64,000 nucleotides of DNA, taken from sequence record NC_041972.1. The stretch is one strand, 5' to 3'. A program made the translations under genes and the position numbers. The notes under the pieces are model-generated. The model was not told the origin of the DNA and made no database searches. It worked only from the letters and a program-made list of their open reading frames with translations. Shown piece by piece: positions 20,021 through 29,450 of this stretch (the stretch's first letter is position 1; the number at the start of each line of letters is the position of its first letter).

Positions 20021-20403
20021 GCGACATCAATCAGGCGTACACACGACTACAGGGATCAACGGACTTACCCACGGGTGAATTGATTAACCCACCGAAAGGG
20101 TGCCCGGGGATTACCGCACAGGTCGTCTTACGTCTGTTTCACAAAGTCAACGGATTGATCATTTACACGGAAGAGGTTCCAATCACTGTATTGAACATGC
20201 GGTGTTGTGAGATCTCAATGTACATGTTTATGAACCCGGTACTGGAGCATACTGCCGCTCCGTTAACACCCAGTCTTTATATGGTTGGTAATAACGTGTT
20301 CTTAGACGTGGAAGTGCAGCTTGATCGTATGGCCCTTTCCTCCGGGGATGTCGGTCGTTATTGTCAGGCGATGTTTTACCAGCAGTCCCTCAAGAGTAAC
20401 TGA
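20017..20403 (+). CDS. Hypothetical protein, 128 aa
   Basis: GGAG SD; ATGA overlap. Confidence 0.75.
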   Translation: MSDINQAYTRLQGSTDLPTGELINPPKGCPGITAQVVLRLFHKVNGLIIYTEEVPITVLNMRCCEISMYMFMNPVLEHTAAPLTPSLYMVGNNVFLDVEVQLDRMALSSGDVGRYCQAMFYQQSLKSN

Positions 20404-20467
20404 ATTCAAATAAATTCAGGACTATATCACTTACGTGAGTAATAATAAGATAAAAAGGTTTTGAGCT

Positions 20468-20908
20468 ATGAGTGTAGCAGGTTCTATCTTAGCCTGGATC
20501 AATAATCAAATTGATCGGTTTGCCGACAGTCAGGAAGCCCAAGTCTGGACCGCCATTATTGTGCTGTTCTTTCTGTGCTTGCTTGTTAGTGAATTGCGCA
20601 CTGTGCGACAAACCGAAAAGTTTGAAAATGGCTTACGTTTATTAATTGGGAAATACAATCTTTATTCACCAGAGGATGTCGAATCACTTAATCAACGCGG
20701 TTATGATTTGTTTGAGCTGTATGTTGAAAGCTTGACAGAATGTAACATCCCGGTCTATGACCGTGAGCGAGAAGAAGAGGAGTTTATGAAAGGCTTCTTC
20801 CACGGTTATGTGATCGGAAGACGTGTTATGGCCAAAGTGCATCCTGACCCAAGAGTTGTGGAGTGCTTTGAGAAAAAGTTTTACAAGTATCTCGGCGATA
20901 TTCGTTAA
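20468..20908 (+). CDS. Putative membrane protein, 146 aa
   Basis: One hydrophobic helix (VWTAIIVLFFLCLLVSEL); preceded by a CTATATCAC promoter-like motif at 20422. Confidence 0.7.
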   Translation: MSVAGSILAWINNQIDRFADSQEAQVWTAIIVLFFLCLLVSELRTVRQTEKFENGLRLLIGKYNLYSPEDVESLNQRGYDLFELYVESLTECNIPVYDREREEEEFMKGFFHGYVIGRRVMAKVHPDPRVVECFEKKFYKYLGDIR

Positions 20909-20910
20909 AC

Positions 20911-20970
20911 CGGCATAAAGGCTAGCATTCCCCAACGGGAATGCTAGCCTGCTTATGCTGCTTTTTTTTT
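20911..20970. terminator. Bidirectional terminator between convergent genes
   Basis: 14-bp perfect stem AGGCTAGCATTCCC/GGGAATGCTAGCCT flanked by CGGCATAA and TTATGCTG, plus a T10 run. Confidence 0.85.
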
Positions 20971-21845
20971 TATCGAGTCGGGGTGACTTGATTGTTACGG
21001 GCGTCTTCAACATCCTGCGCGTAACCGGCCTTGATAGCCTGGACGTCAGCAGTGATCTGCTTCATGCGATCTGGCAGGTCCTGCGTGTACGGGTTGGCAT
21101 TCAGAGGCGCGGTGTCTTTCAGGATCTTCGCAGCCAAGTTGTCCACAGCAAGGTTCATGATGAACGTGCCGGTAAACTCGATGCTGTGTACCCAGTCCGC
21201 TGCGCCTTGTGATTTATCAAAGCGAGACTCACGGGTACCTGAAGATTTCGGACGCATGTTCACGCCGAGGTAGGCGTTGATCACTTCCAGGCCCGTTGGG
21301 TCAGATTCCACATACAGACAGATCATGGAGATCATGTCCGGCAGCAGATCTGTCGGTGGGTTTGGATAAGTCATGATCAGTGGACGCTTAACATCAGGGT
21401 CCATGATGAACAGACGAATCCACCACTCGAACAACGTACCGTGCGGGAAGCCGTACTTTTCACCGATCTCATGTACTGGGACCGGCTGCTGTTGGGTGAC
21501 GTTACCTGGGTCGTGCTGTTCAGCACCGGCACCGCCGGCAGGCTGAGTGAAGTCATCAACAGTCAGTGCACGCTGGAAGCCCGTAATGGTACGGGTGTGT
21601 TTTTCCATCACTGTCTTGATGTGACCGTGCCACAATTCAGGGTGATCCAGGTAACGAATAGCACCTGGCGTTTCGAGAACGAAACAGCGCAGTTGCTGCT
21701 GGCGGAAGCCGGCGTTATCAACGTAACGTGCGAGGTTGGCGTTGAAGCCAAAGTAACCGCCCGTGAGGGCGTTTACCATGGTTGCGTTCGTGAACGCTGC
21801 CGGACCGACGCCAGACTGGGCGACGCTATCAGTAAAACGTGGCAT
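20970..21845 (-). CDS. Tail tube protein (phiKZ gp30-like)
   Basis: 291 aa ORF immediately downstream of the sheath gene; synteny of phiKZ-like phages. Confidence 0.8.
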   Translation of the reverse strand: MPRFTDSVAQSGVGPAAFTNATMVNALTGGYFGFNANLARYVDNAGFRQQQLRCFVLETPGAIRYLDHPELWHGHIKTVMEKHTRTITGFQRALTVDDFTQPAGGAGAEQHDPGNVTQQQPVPVHEIGEKYGFPHGTLFEWWIRLFIMDPDVKRPLIMTYPNPPTDLLPDMISMICLYVESDPTGLEVINAYLGVNMRPKSSGTRESRFDKSQGAADWVHSIEFTGTFIMNLAVDNLAAKILKDTAPLNANPYTQDLPDRMKQITADVQAIKAGYAQDVEDARNNQVTPTR

Positions 21846-21846
21846 A

Positions 21847-23934
21847 TTACACTAAGTCCTCTTGGTTACGTGAGACGACCGTGAAGCTGCCGATGTACAT
21901 GCCTTTATTGAAGGCAGCACTTACCTCACAGGAGTAGCGAACACGGCTGTTCTGGTCAGCGATGGTCCGGAACGAGTTCACGCTAATAACTACGCGGTTG
22001 TCGTAACGGTCTTTCGTCAGGTTTTCCAGAATGCGGTTGAGTTCAGACAACGTCTGTGCGGTGGTGCGACGGGTATCGGTACCGAGCATGCGATAAGCGA
22101 TCTGACACTGCTTCTCGATGTCCACACAAATGGTCAGCGCGATTTCATCACGCAGCACAGAGGATTCGGTATCGTACACGGTCTGCACATGCGGAACGTA
22201 CGCCTGACGACGGTTGTACGTCTGTGCGTAGTTCAGACCCAGGCCCCACTCGGTATTGCGTACTTCGTTTGGTTCCCAAAGCGCGTCCATGTTTTTCATG
22301 AGCTGCACTTTGTTGTTTTCTGCTGCATCATACGCGAACGCATTCTTCAGCACACCATCACCGCTACCCGCATACCGTGCACGCTTGTAGGCGTGGTCGA
22401 GCAGATGCGGATAGAAGTCATCGCTGTCTTCAGACGCCAGTTGACCTGACTGCATGAAGAACACCGCACGGCAGGTTGAGGTACCGTACAGAGATGACTC
22501 TGGGAACAGCATGGCGTAAGAACGCAACGATGCGGCCATGGAACGTTGCTCCAGGCTTGACAGACGGCTACCGCCAGCGATGTAGGTACCCACGTAGACG
22601 GTGATGTCTTTGCGTTTACCCAACAGGCTGATCAGTGACTTCTTGGTTTCCAGGCTATAGCCCGCATCCCAGTAAGCCGATACCGGATAACGTGCGTCAT
22701 CCAGCATTTCAATCCCTTCCAGGTCGCCGTAGTTATCGAACTGCTGTTTACACAGCGCGTCGTATACGGACGTTGGGGTGATCGCTTTGCCATTGGCATC
22801 AACACCAGACAGCTTACCGTCAGTGCCGCCTTCTGCGTAGTAGATCGCGGTGTCATTGAGGTTCACACCGCCATCTGCTGTACCTTGCAGACGGAACGCG
22901 TAGTACGGTTGCCCGTAGAAGTCTACGCCGCCAATCAGGTTGATCTGATGTGCTGCATTGGTGCCTTCAGCCAAACCGGGGTTCAGCGGTTGCTCCAGTG
23001 CATAGATCTGATTCAGAACCTGGTCGAGGTTGTCATGATAGACAAACAGGTTGTCCATCGGGCCTGGCATCGGGGTGGTGCCATCATCGCCGCTGTTTGC
23101 GTAATCTTTAATACGCAGCTGCAGACCGTACTTGGTGTCAGTTGAGGTATCAACCACATCGCGACGGAAAGCAAAGTTGATCGCAGAAGCACGATCCTGG
23201 GTCAGCTTCACCACGGCAGTAGACTGCGCGTTCGGACGCTCGTAGAAACGCAGGCGATAGAGCTGGCTCAGCTGGTCAACAGCAACATTGACATTCAGCG
23301 GATCAGAACTCTTCGCGCTAGGTGCCCACAGCGACACGCCGACGTTGTTACCGAAAGCCCCTGGTGATGGCACTTCCAGATCGAGGAGGGGATAGAAGTC
23401 AGACTGAGTGCCGCTACCGGACATCAGCTGGCCTTTCTTCTTCTCACCGGCACCGATTGCTCGGGTTACATCACGGTTGATCACCAGACGACCCAACATG
23501 CCGTTGGTGGTGGTGTCAGCTTCGACGTAAGCGCCATTTTCATCTTTGACAGCATTGCCGTCTTCATCGCGCTCGTAATCTTTGATGACGTCCGCTACCA
23601 GCTCAATCCCCAGAGTGAACATAGCAGGCTTAACGGCATCCGCTGGGACCACACGCTGAACGATCAGGGTGTTTGCTGCCTGTGCAAAGATGTTCGCAAA
23701 GGCAGAGCCCATGGTGAAGAACTTTGACAGGTGGTTAAAAGTTGCAGAACCATACAGGGTGGTCAGTAACGTCGGGTCGATTAACTGCGGGTCAAGCGAA
23801 CCACGCTCTGCCAATAAGTAGACATGCGGAAGGTGCTGGGGATACACCTCGGGCACGGCTACCGGTGCCAGTACGGACTCGTCCCGAATACCATTCAGGA
23901 TGAACCGCGGTGCACCGTTGGAGATATTTGACAT
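21847..23934 (-). CDS. Tail sheath protein (phiKZ gp29-like)
   Basis: About 695 aa starting MSNISNGAPRFILNGIRDES, with PQHLPHVYL and YWDAGYSLETK motifs; AAGGAG SD before ATG 23934. Confidence 0.88.
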   Translation of the reverse strand: MSNISNGAPRFILNGIRDESVLAPVAVPEVYPQHLPHVYLLAERGSLDPQLIDPTLLTTLYGSATFNHLSKFFTMGSAFANIFAQAANTLIVQRVVPADAVKPAMFTLGIELVADVIKDYERDEDGNAVKDENGAYVEADTTTNGMLGRLVINRDVTRAIGAGEKKKGQLMSGSGTQSDFYPLLDLEVPSPGAFGNNVGVSLWAPSAKSSDPLNVNVAVDQLSQLYRLRFYERPNAQSTAVVKLTQDRASAINFAFRRDVVDTSTDTKYGLQLRIKDYANSGDDGTTPMPGPMDNLFVYHDNLDQVLNQIYALEQPLNPGLAEGTNAAHQINLIGGVDFYGQPYYAFRLQGTADGGVNLNDTAIYYAEGGTDGKLSGVDANGKAITPTSVYDALCKQQFDNYGDLEGIEMLDDARYPVSAYWDAGYSLETKKSLISLLGKRKDITVYVGTYIAGGSRLSSLEQRSMAASLRSYAMLFPESSLYGTSTCRAVFFMQSGQLASEDSDDFYPHLLDHAYKRARYAGSGDGVLKNAFAYDAAENNKVQLMKNMDALWEPNEVRNTEWGLGLNYAQTYNRRQAYVPHVQTVYDTESSVLRDEIALTICVDIEKQCQIAYRMLGTDTRRTTAQTLSELNRILENLTKDRYDNRVVISVNSFRTIADQNSRVRYSCEVSAAFNKGMYIGSFTVVSRNQEDLV

Positions 23935-24136
23935 TTCTGTCTCCTTCACTATCGATAGTTGTTTGTTTGTCACTTGGGTGAAACTTAAGCTTGCCTTAAT
24001 TAAGGGCTACCACATACGTCCTGATTACCCGGGAGTAGAAAGTAAATGGTATGGTTCACTATTAGCTTTAACCCTAGCAGTGCCATAGAATAAAGTGTTA
24101 TTCTTAACATATTTGCCTATAGAGGGTTTTCTCCTT

Positions 24137-25099
24137 ATGTTTAAGTCCCCTTATGATACCACCACGGCACGCTGGACGCCGGGTCTGGAAGGTATCCGAA
24201 AAGAATTGCGGGTAGCAAAAATCGAACGACGTTTAACATCCGCATCCACGCCGCTTCCAGTGAGTGACCCTCTAGGCGCCTCTCCTTCTCCTAGCGATAA
24301 GCTGTGGTATGTCGTGTCAGGTGTGCCTGGAAACGAACGCATTCCACCGTTTATGCATCCACTGGAATTTACCGATACGTTGGGTCGCACCAACATGGCC
24401 ATTGATTTGCGCTCCGCTATCGGCATGGCGCCGGACGGTCGTACTCTGGTTGTGCGTAACCGCAATGGTCAACTCGATGCTGAACAACTGATCATCCGTC
24501 TGAAGGCAACCGCCTACTGGATGTTGGAAAGCAGTGGTCCTCGTGACCTGATGAACTTAAGTGGTGTCCCGATGCGTATCTTTGCGCGCTGGATCACTGA
24601 GAACATCTCCCGTCGGGTTGGTCTGGATTACGATGCGGTTCCCCGTTATCTGGTTTACGCCTCCTGGTACTACTTCTGCCTGTTCTTTAATAAAGAGCAG
24701 ATGAGCGATGACCTGCGCCTGATTGCCATCAACAAGATCGCCACTCAAGGCGGGTTGCGTCGTGACATCGTGGCAGACGTATTGCAGGATGTCGGTTACG
24801 TCGGCAGCATCAGTGAGTTCTGTGAAACGGCACAAGCGGTCGTTGGTGCAGATCAGCTCAGCCTGGTTGATGTGAAGACGTTGATCACCTTGGCCGGTAA
24901 TGCCTGGTTTGGTCAGAATGCCAAAGAAGGTGGTGGGGTTGCCCTCGAGTATCCACCGCTGTTCCTGTCCATGCTCTACGGGGCGATGGGGAACAAGGCG
25001 TATCGCAACACCGCCATCGGCACCATTGCCGATCGCAAAGATTACCAACGAGACGGCGCCGTGTTCACGCGAGCCTTCGTAGGAACGATTAACGATTAA
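24137..25099 (+). CDS. Virion structural protein (phiKZ gp28 position)
   Basis: Synteny between sheath and terminase; ATG at 24137. Confidence 0.65.
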   Translation: MFKSPYDTTTARWTPGLEGIRKELRVAKIERRLTSASTPLPVSDPLGASPSPSDKLWYVVSGVPGNERIPPFMHPLEFTDTLGRTNMAIDLRSAIGMAPDGRTLVVRNRNGQLDAEQLIIRLKATAYWMLESSGPRDLMNLSGVPMRIFARWITENISRRVGLDYDAVPRYLVYASWYYFCLFFNKEQMSDDLRLIAINKIATQGGLRRDIVADVLQDVGYVGSISEFCETAQAVVGADQLSLVDVKTLITLAGNAWFGQNAKEGGGVALEYPPLFLSMLYGAMGNKAYRNTAIGTIADRKDYQRDGAVFTRAFVGTIND

Positions 25100-25110
25100 G
25101 CGGGGTGTGT

Positions 25111-27663
25111 ATGACAAGTCCGTTAGTGGAAAATGCGATTGAATACGCATGGGCTAACCCACAAGCGGATAGACAACACGTTCTACGACTGGCAAGGGTG
25201 TCACGTGATGTCGGGGCTATGAACCACACCAGGGTCATGCGCATCGACATTCCCTTGCCAACACGAGAAGAAGTCTATCACGTTTTTCAGATCGGACAGA
25301 ACCACCCTTGGGAGTGGAACTTTGGTGAGCGCTACGTCACCCCGATCCCTTTTGAAACTTGGGTTCCGTTAACCGAGTTGAACGAAAAGCAGTTACTGGT
25401 CAGTAACGTTTACATGGACAACGGCGTACAATTTCCGAATGCGGGCGTCTATGTACGCTTGCGCTATGATCATAACATCATTGTCGCAATCAAACCATTC
25501 GCAAATATGACCGTCCCGCGTAACGTGCAAGTCTACCTCCGGGTGTACTCTAATGCCTACCTGGAAGATGCGGTATTGGGTGATGATGCGATCCAAAACT
25601 TTGGTGGTGTCATGACCGATGCGACTAAAGTCCTCGATTGGCAGAACCGCTATCTGGCCTTAAAGCAGGCGCCGGGCTTAGCACAGGCTTTTGTTAATGG
25701 GGTGCTGGTTGACGATTTCCCACCGGGCAGTTACCGGGCGCGTGATTGGGTCGATGTGCGTTACGACGCTACCGTGCGTAAAGTGGTGGACCTCAACATC
25801 AGTGACTTGCCTTCTTTTATGTCGACGCAGGACAAGAAGCGTAAGTACATTGTGCATCCGCCGCGCGGCAGTGATGACTTCGATGTAATCTACCATGATG
25901 ACATTGACTTCTGGTTAATCGGCCCAGACGGCAAAGGGATCTACTTCCACCGTAACTTACCTGATGCGGTTCGTATGCTGACCCATCGTGATTATGCGCT
26001 GACCGTTGCCTATGTCTCAAATGCCATTGTCAATTTCCCGGCCTGGGAAGATGTCTCAAAACTGAAGCTGCGGGCGGTAATGCGTCGGGGTGGTCGTGAG
26101 AATACATTGGTGCATGAAGCCCATCGTTTACGGGAAATGTACAAGTTACCCGACTCGGTGATCCTGCAAGCCTTCCAGGGTATCGATTCTACGCTCCCAG
26201 AGTGGTCTGCAGACGGTTTAGAGCAATCTTGGTACAATGTACTGCTTGGAACGCCTTATCCCTTCCTGGGCATTCCTGTGGTGCGTGACGCCTATGGTTA
26301 CAATGCCATGACCAAAGTGATGGCAACCACCCCCATGGCAACCGCGACAACTGGTCTGGGTCAGGTCGCTACCCTGGCGCCGTCTTTACGGGAGAACGCC
26401 ACGGTCTACGAGTATGACAAGGACGGGTTATACCTCGGCAGTCAATACTGGTCAGCCGGTGCGCGTTACATTGCCAAGCATGCCAACTGTGCGTTGATCG
26501 AACCGCGCAGTGGGAAAGCCAGCAAGTCCTTAAGTTATGTACTGGGTAATGACATGGTGCCGTTGAAGAAAGCTTACGGCTATCGGTTATACCAAGCGCA
26601 TTGGACGGGCGGTGTGGTGGATGAAACCACCTGGGTTGATGTGACCGATGATGCCACGATCGCGAAGGTGGACAATGGGGTGGTGAGTTGGTTGCATAAC
26701 CCGGTCCGACGTGTGGGGTTGGTGTTGTTCAATGACATCTTCCTGGGGTATGACTTCACCCTGAACTACGCCGACAAGTCGTTGTCCTTTGCAGTGACCC
26801 ATACATGGCCAACCGGCGGATTACTCTCACCCTTCCCGTTGGGGCAGATTGAACTGATCATGAATCAGCGCTCGCTGATCCCTGGGTTGGATTACTTCGG
26901 TAAGTTCCCGCGCTTTGTGGTGGTGAACAAAGAGTACATCAATCAGGACGGTGCACAGAACTTTACCTTGCGCTGTACCGGTTATCCTCAGAAAGACCTG
27001 ACGCCACAGCCGGTAAACGAAGGTGGCTGGATGATCTTTAATCAGATCTCGGCCAACGACGTCTATAACCTGCGTGATGACCGAACGGTGCGGTGTATTC
27101 TGCGCGGGCGGGTAGTACCTAAAGAGACGTTGGTGTTTACTGAAGACCTGATGGCACGTGCGGTACCAGCCGCCAGTAATGGCGATCCGTATCACATCAG
27201 CAACGTCATGGCGTCTGTGCGGGAAGTCAACGACTACGAGACCTATCCGTTGCGGGATGCCTCGGTGGATCTGGATAAGCGTCTGTCAGCTTATTTGACC
27301 GCACATCGCCCACAACCGGATCTGGGTAACCCGGCGCCGATCGCTGACAAGTATGTCCTGTACTCGCCGTTCTTGTGCAAGCTTATCAATGACATCCGTT
27401 TGAAGGTACTGGTTATTGGCAACGGCTGGCAATCTGATCAGAACCTGGACAAGATCATCACACCGTATAAATGGTGGTTAGATTTTGACCCGGCGATCAA
27501 AGATGAGATGGACTGGACGTATATTGAAGTGCATCCGCATAACGAGGTGAATCCGATTGCGGTCACGGCAGTTGAGTACGCCTTCCTGAACCGGGTCATT
27601 GCACTGTATCTGAGTAGCCGTGTTCAGTTGTCTGGACATCTGACGATTAAGCAGGATACCTAA
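25111..27663 (+). CDS. Virion structural protein (phiKZ gp27 position), 850 aa
   Basis: Long ORF; synteny in the sheath-terminase block. Confidence 0.7.
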   Translation: MTSPLVENAIEYAWANPQADRQHVLRLARVSRDVGAMNHTRVMRIDIPLPTREEVYHVFQIGQNHPWEWNFGERYVTPIPFETWVPLTELNEKQLLVSNVYMDNGVQFPNAGVYVRLRYDHNIIVAIKPFANMTVPRNVQVYLRVYSNAYLEDAVLGDDAIQNFGGVMTDATKVLDWQNRYLALKQAPGLAQAFVNGVLVDDFPPGSYRARDWVDVRYDATVRKVVDLNISDLPSFMSTQDKKRKYIVHPPRGSDDFDVIYHDDIDFWLIGPDGKGIYFHRNLPDAVRMLTHRDYALTVAYVSNAIVNFPAWEDVSKLKLRAVMRRGGRENTLVHEAHRLREMYKLPDSVILQAFQGIDSTLPEWSADGLEQSWYNVLLGTPYPFLGIPVVRDAYGYNAMTKVMATTPMATATTGLGQVATLAPSLRENATVYEYDKDGLYLGSQYWSAGARYIAKHANCALIEPRSGKASKSLSYVLGNDMVPLKKAYGYRLYQAHWTGGVVDETTWVDVTDDATIAKVDNGVVSWLHNPVRRVGLVLFNDIFLGYDFTLNYADKSLSFAVTHTWPTGGLLSPFPLGQIELIMNQRSLIPGLDYFGKFPRFVVVNKEYINQDGAQNFTLRCTGYPQKDLTPQPVNEGGWMIFNQISANDVYNLRDDRTVRCILRGRVVPKETLVFTEDLMARAVPAASNGDPYHISNVMASVREVNDYETYPLRDASVDLDKRLSAYLTAHRPQPDLGNPAPIADKYVLYSPFLCKLINDIRLKVLVIGNGWQSDQNLDKIITPYKWWLDFDPAIKDEMDWTYIEVHPHNEVNPIAVTAVEYAFLNRVIALYLSSRVQLSGHLTIKQDT

Positions 27664-27665
27664 TA

Positions 27666-29384
27666 ATGAATGATTTATCAAAGCTGTTTTCTAACTCACC
27701 GGTCAGTGCGGTCGTCACAGCACCGACGGTGCGGACTGAAGCGGATAAGTGGGCGGTCTGGAATCGGGATGTGATCTACGTCCCGGGTGTCCCGGTTACT
27801 GCCACCAAGAACTACATTGTACCAAAGCCCGATGATTTGATCTGGGACAAAGCACAAGGTTGGTTCTACGTGTCGCACGTTGACCTGGAAGGTGACCTGA
27901 CTTCTACCCTCGAGCCATGGTCGCCAGCGATGACAGAAGGCGGTGACACGGATGACTTGGTGGTGCTGGGTAATATCTCCCGACTGACCTCTGAGTTCAT
28001 CATCTGCGCCATTGACTATTCACAGATGCCACCGACCATGATCGTGGATGACCGTATCCAGATTAATGGGTCGAAAGCCAAGTACGCGAAAGTGTTCCTG
28101 GGAACCGACATCGGGAAAGCGGGTCAGGTTGTCAGTTGCATGTATGACAGCTCCGGTAACGTGGTCAGTGAGAATATCCCGTTGGAGCTGATGGCACTGC
28201 CGGGGATGATCAACAAAACCATTCGTCGGCCTGCAGTGGCGAACTGCACGACCACGATCCCCGATGGCGAACTGCTCTCCTTGGTGGTGTACGATGATCA
28301 AGGGGGTTGGATTCCACCGGTGTACCGTATGGTAGCGCAGAACTCTGCGTTTGTGCGTCAGGCTGAATCGGGTCAGAAGTACGTCAAGGGTATTCAGTTA
28401 CTCTCGCCGTTTGCTTCGAGCAGCAACCCATCGCTGTTAGAGATCCCGGTAAACGTCAATGGTCTGGCGTCGGTCGAGATGCGTGGTCGGGTCTGGTACA
28501 GCGACAACACCTACAAAGATCTGTCGGTCGACGGAACCAAGATGGTGTTGAACGGTGCGCGGGAATACATCCCAACCATCGTGGGTCAACGGGCGAATGT
28601 AACCCTGACCTATTTCCTCTCCAATGATGAAGCAGCAATCTCTGCCAACCCGGGTGAGATCACCCATGTGGACGAGACCTACGACATCACCACCGTGGAT
28701 GCGGTTGGGGCTTACTCACCGAAGCTGTACGGTTATCCGGTCTGGGACAATGCAACCAGCACCTATCGTTTGACCTGGTGGTTGTACAACCTCGATCGTC
28801 AGATTGCGTATGAAGTCACCAACAAAGTGGATCTGGCGGTGAACAGCCCAGCCTTTGATCCGGCATTGTATGGGACGGTGCAGCATCTGAAAGCCGCCGT
28901 GACCTTGTCACAGGTCGACAGTCGCTTTAAAGCCTATCGTCATGTACAGGCGATCGACATCACCCTGTATCAAGCCGCAACGCTGAATGGTACGGCGTGG
29001 ACGGTTGGGTTTGATCCCGGTCAAACGCCACAGTTCGGTCCAGGTCTGAAAGCCACCATCAAATCGATGGCTGCCAACAATCGCCGGATGCGGATTGATG
29101 CCGGTATTGCGACATACGCCGACTGGTTAGATCAGCTGTACTACAACATCCGACCGCTGCGTGCTGTAAACTCAGAGACCAAAGCCCCTGAGCCTACGCA
29201 CTTTATTCTCTACATTGATGACACCCATGAATACCGCTTCCCGATTGCCAACTGGAACCAAGACCTTCCGGTCGACGTGAACGTGGACAACGGCCAGTCT
29301 GTATTCGTGAAGTGGATCAAAGCGGACTCAGGTAACACTGAACTGCAACTGGGTATCTCTTCCCTGGTAGCGAAGACAGCTTAA
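27666..29384 (+). CDS. Virion structural protein (phiKZ gp26 position), 572 aa
   Basis: Long beta-rich ORF; synteny. Confidence 0.7.
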   Translation: MNDLSKLFSNSPVSAVVTAPTVRTEADKWAVWNRDVIYVPGVPVTATKNYIVPKPDDLIWDKAQGWFYVSHVDLEGDLTSTLEPWSPAMTEGGDTDDLVVLGNISRLTSEFIICAIDYSQMPPTMIVDDRIQINGSKAKYAKVFLGTDIGKAGQVVSCMYDSSGNVVSENIPLELMALPGMINKTIRRPAVANCTTTIPDGELLSLVVYDDQGGWIPPVYRMVAQNSAFVRQAESGQKYVKGIQLLSPFASSSNPSLLEIPVNVNGLASVEMRGRVWYSDNTYKDLSVDGTKMVLNGAREYIPTIVGQRANVTLTYFLSNDEAAISANPGEITHVDETYDITTVDAVGAYSPKLYGYPVWDNATSTYRLTWWLYNLDRQIAYEVTNKVDLAVNSPAFDPALYGTVQHLKAAVTLSQVDSRFKAYRHVQAIDITLYQAATLNGTAWTVGFDPGQTPQFGPGLKATIKSMAANNRRMRIDAGIATYADWLDQLYYNIRPLRAVNSETKAPEPTHFILYIDDTHEYRFPIANWNQDLPVDVNVDNGQSVFVKWIKADSGNTELQLGISSLVAKTA

Positions 29385-29450
29385 CTGTAACACATCAGGC
29401 CGGTGGGGGTAACCTCACTGGTCTGGTTTCACTTATGCGGAATGCTAACG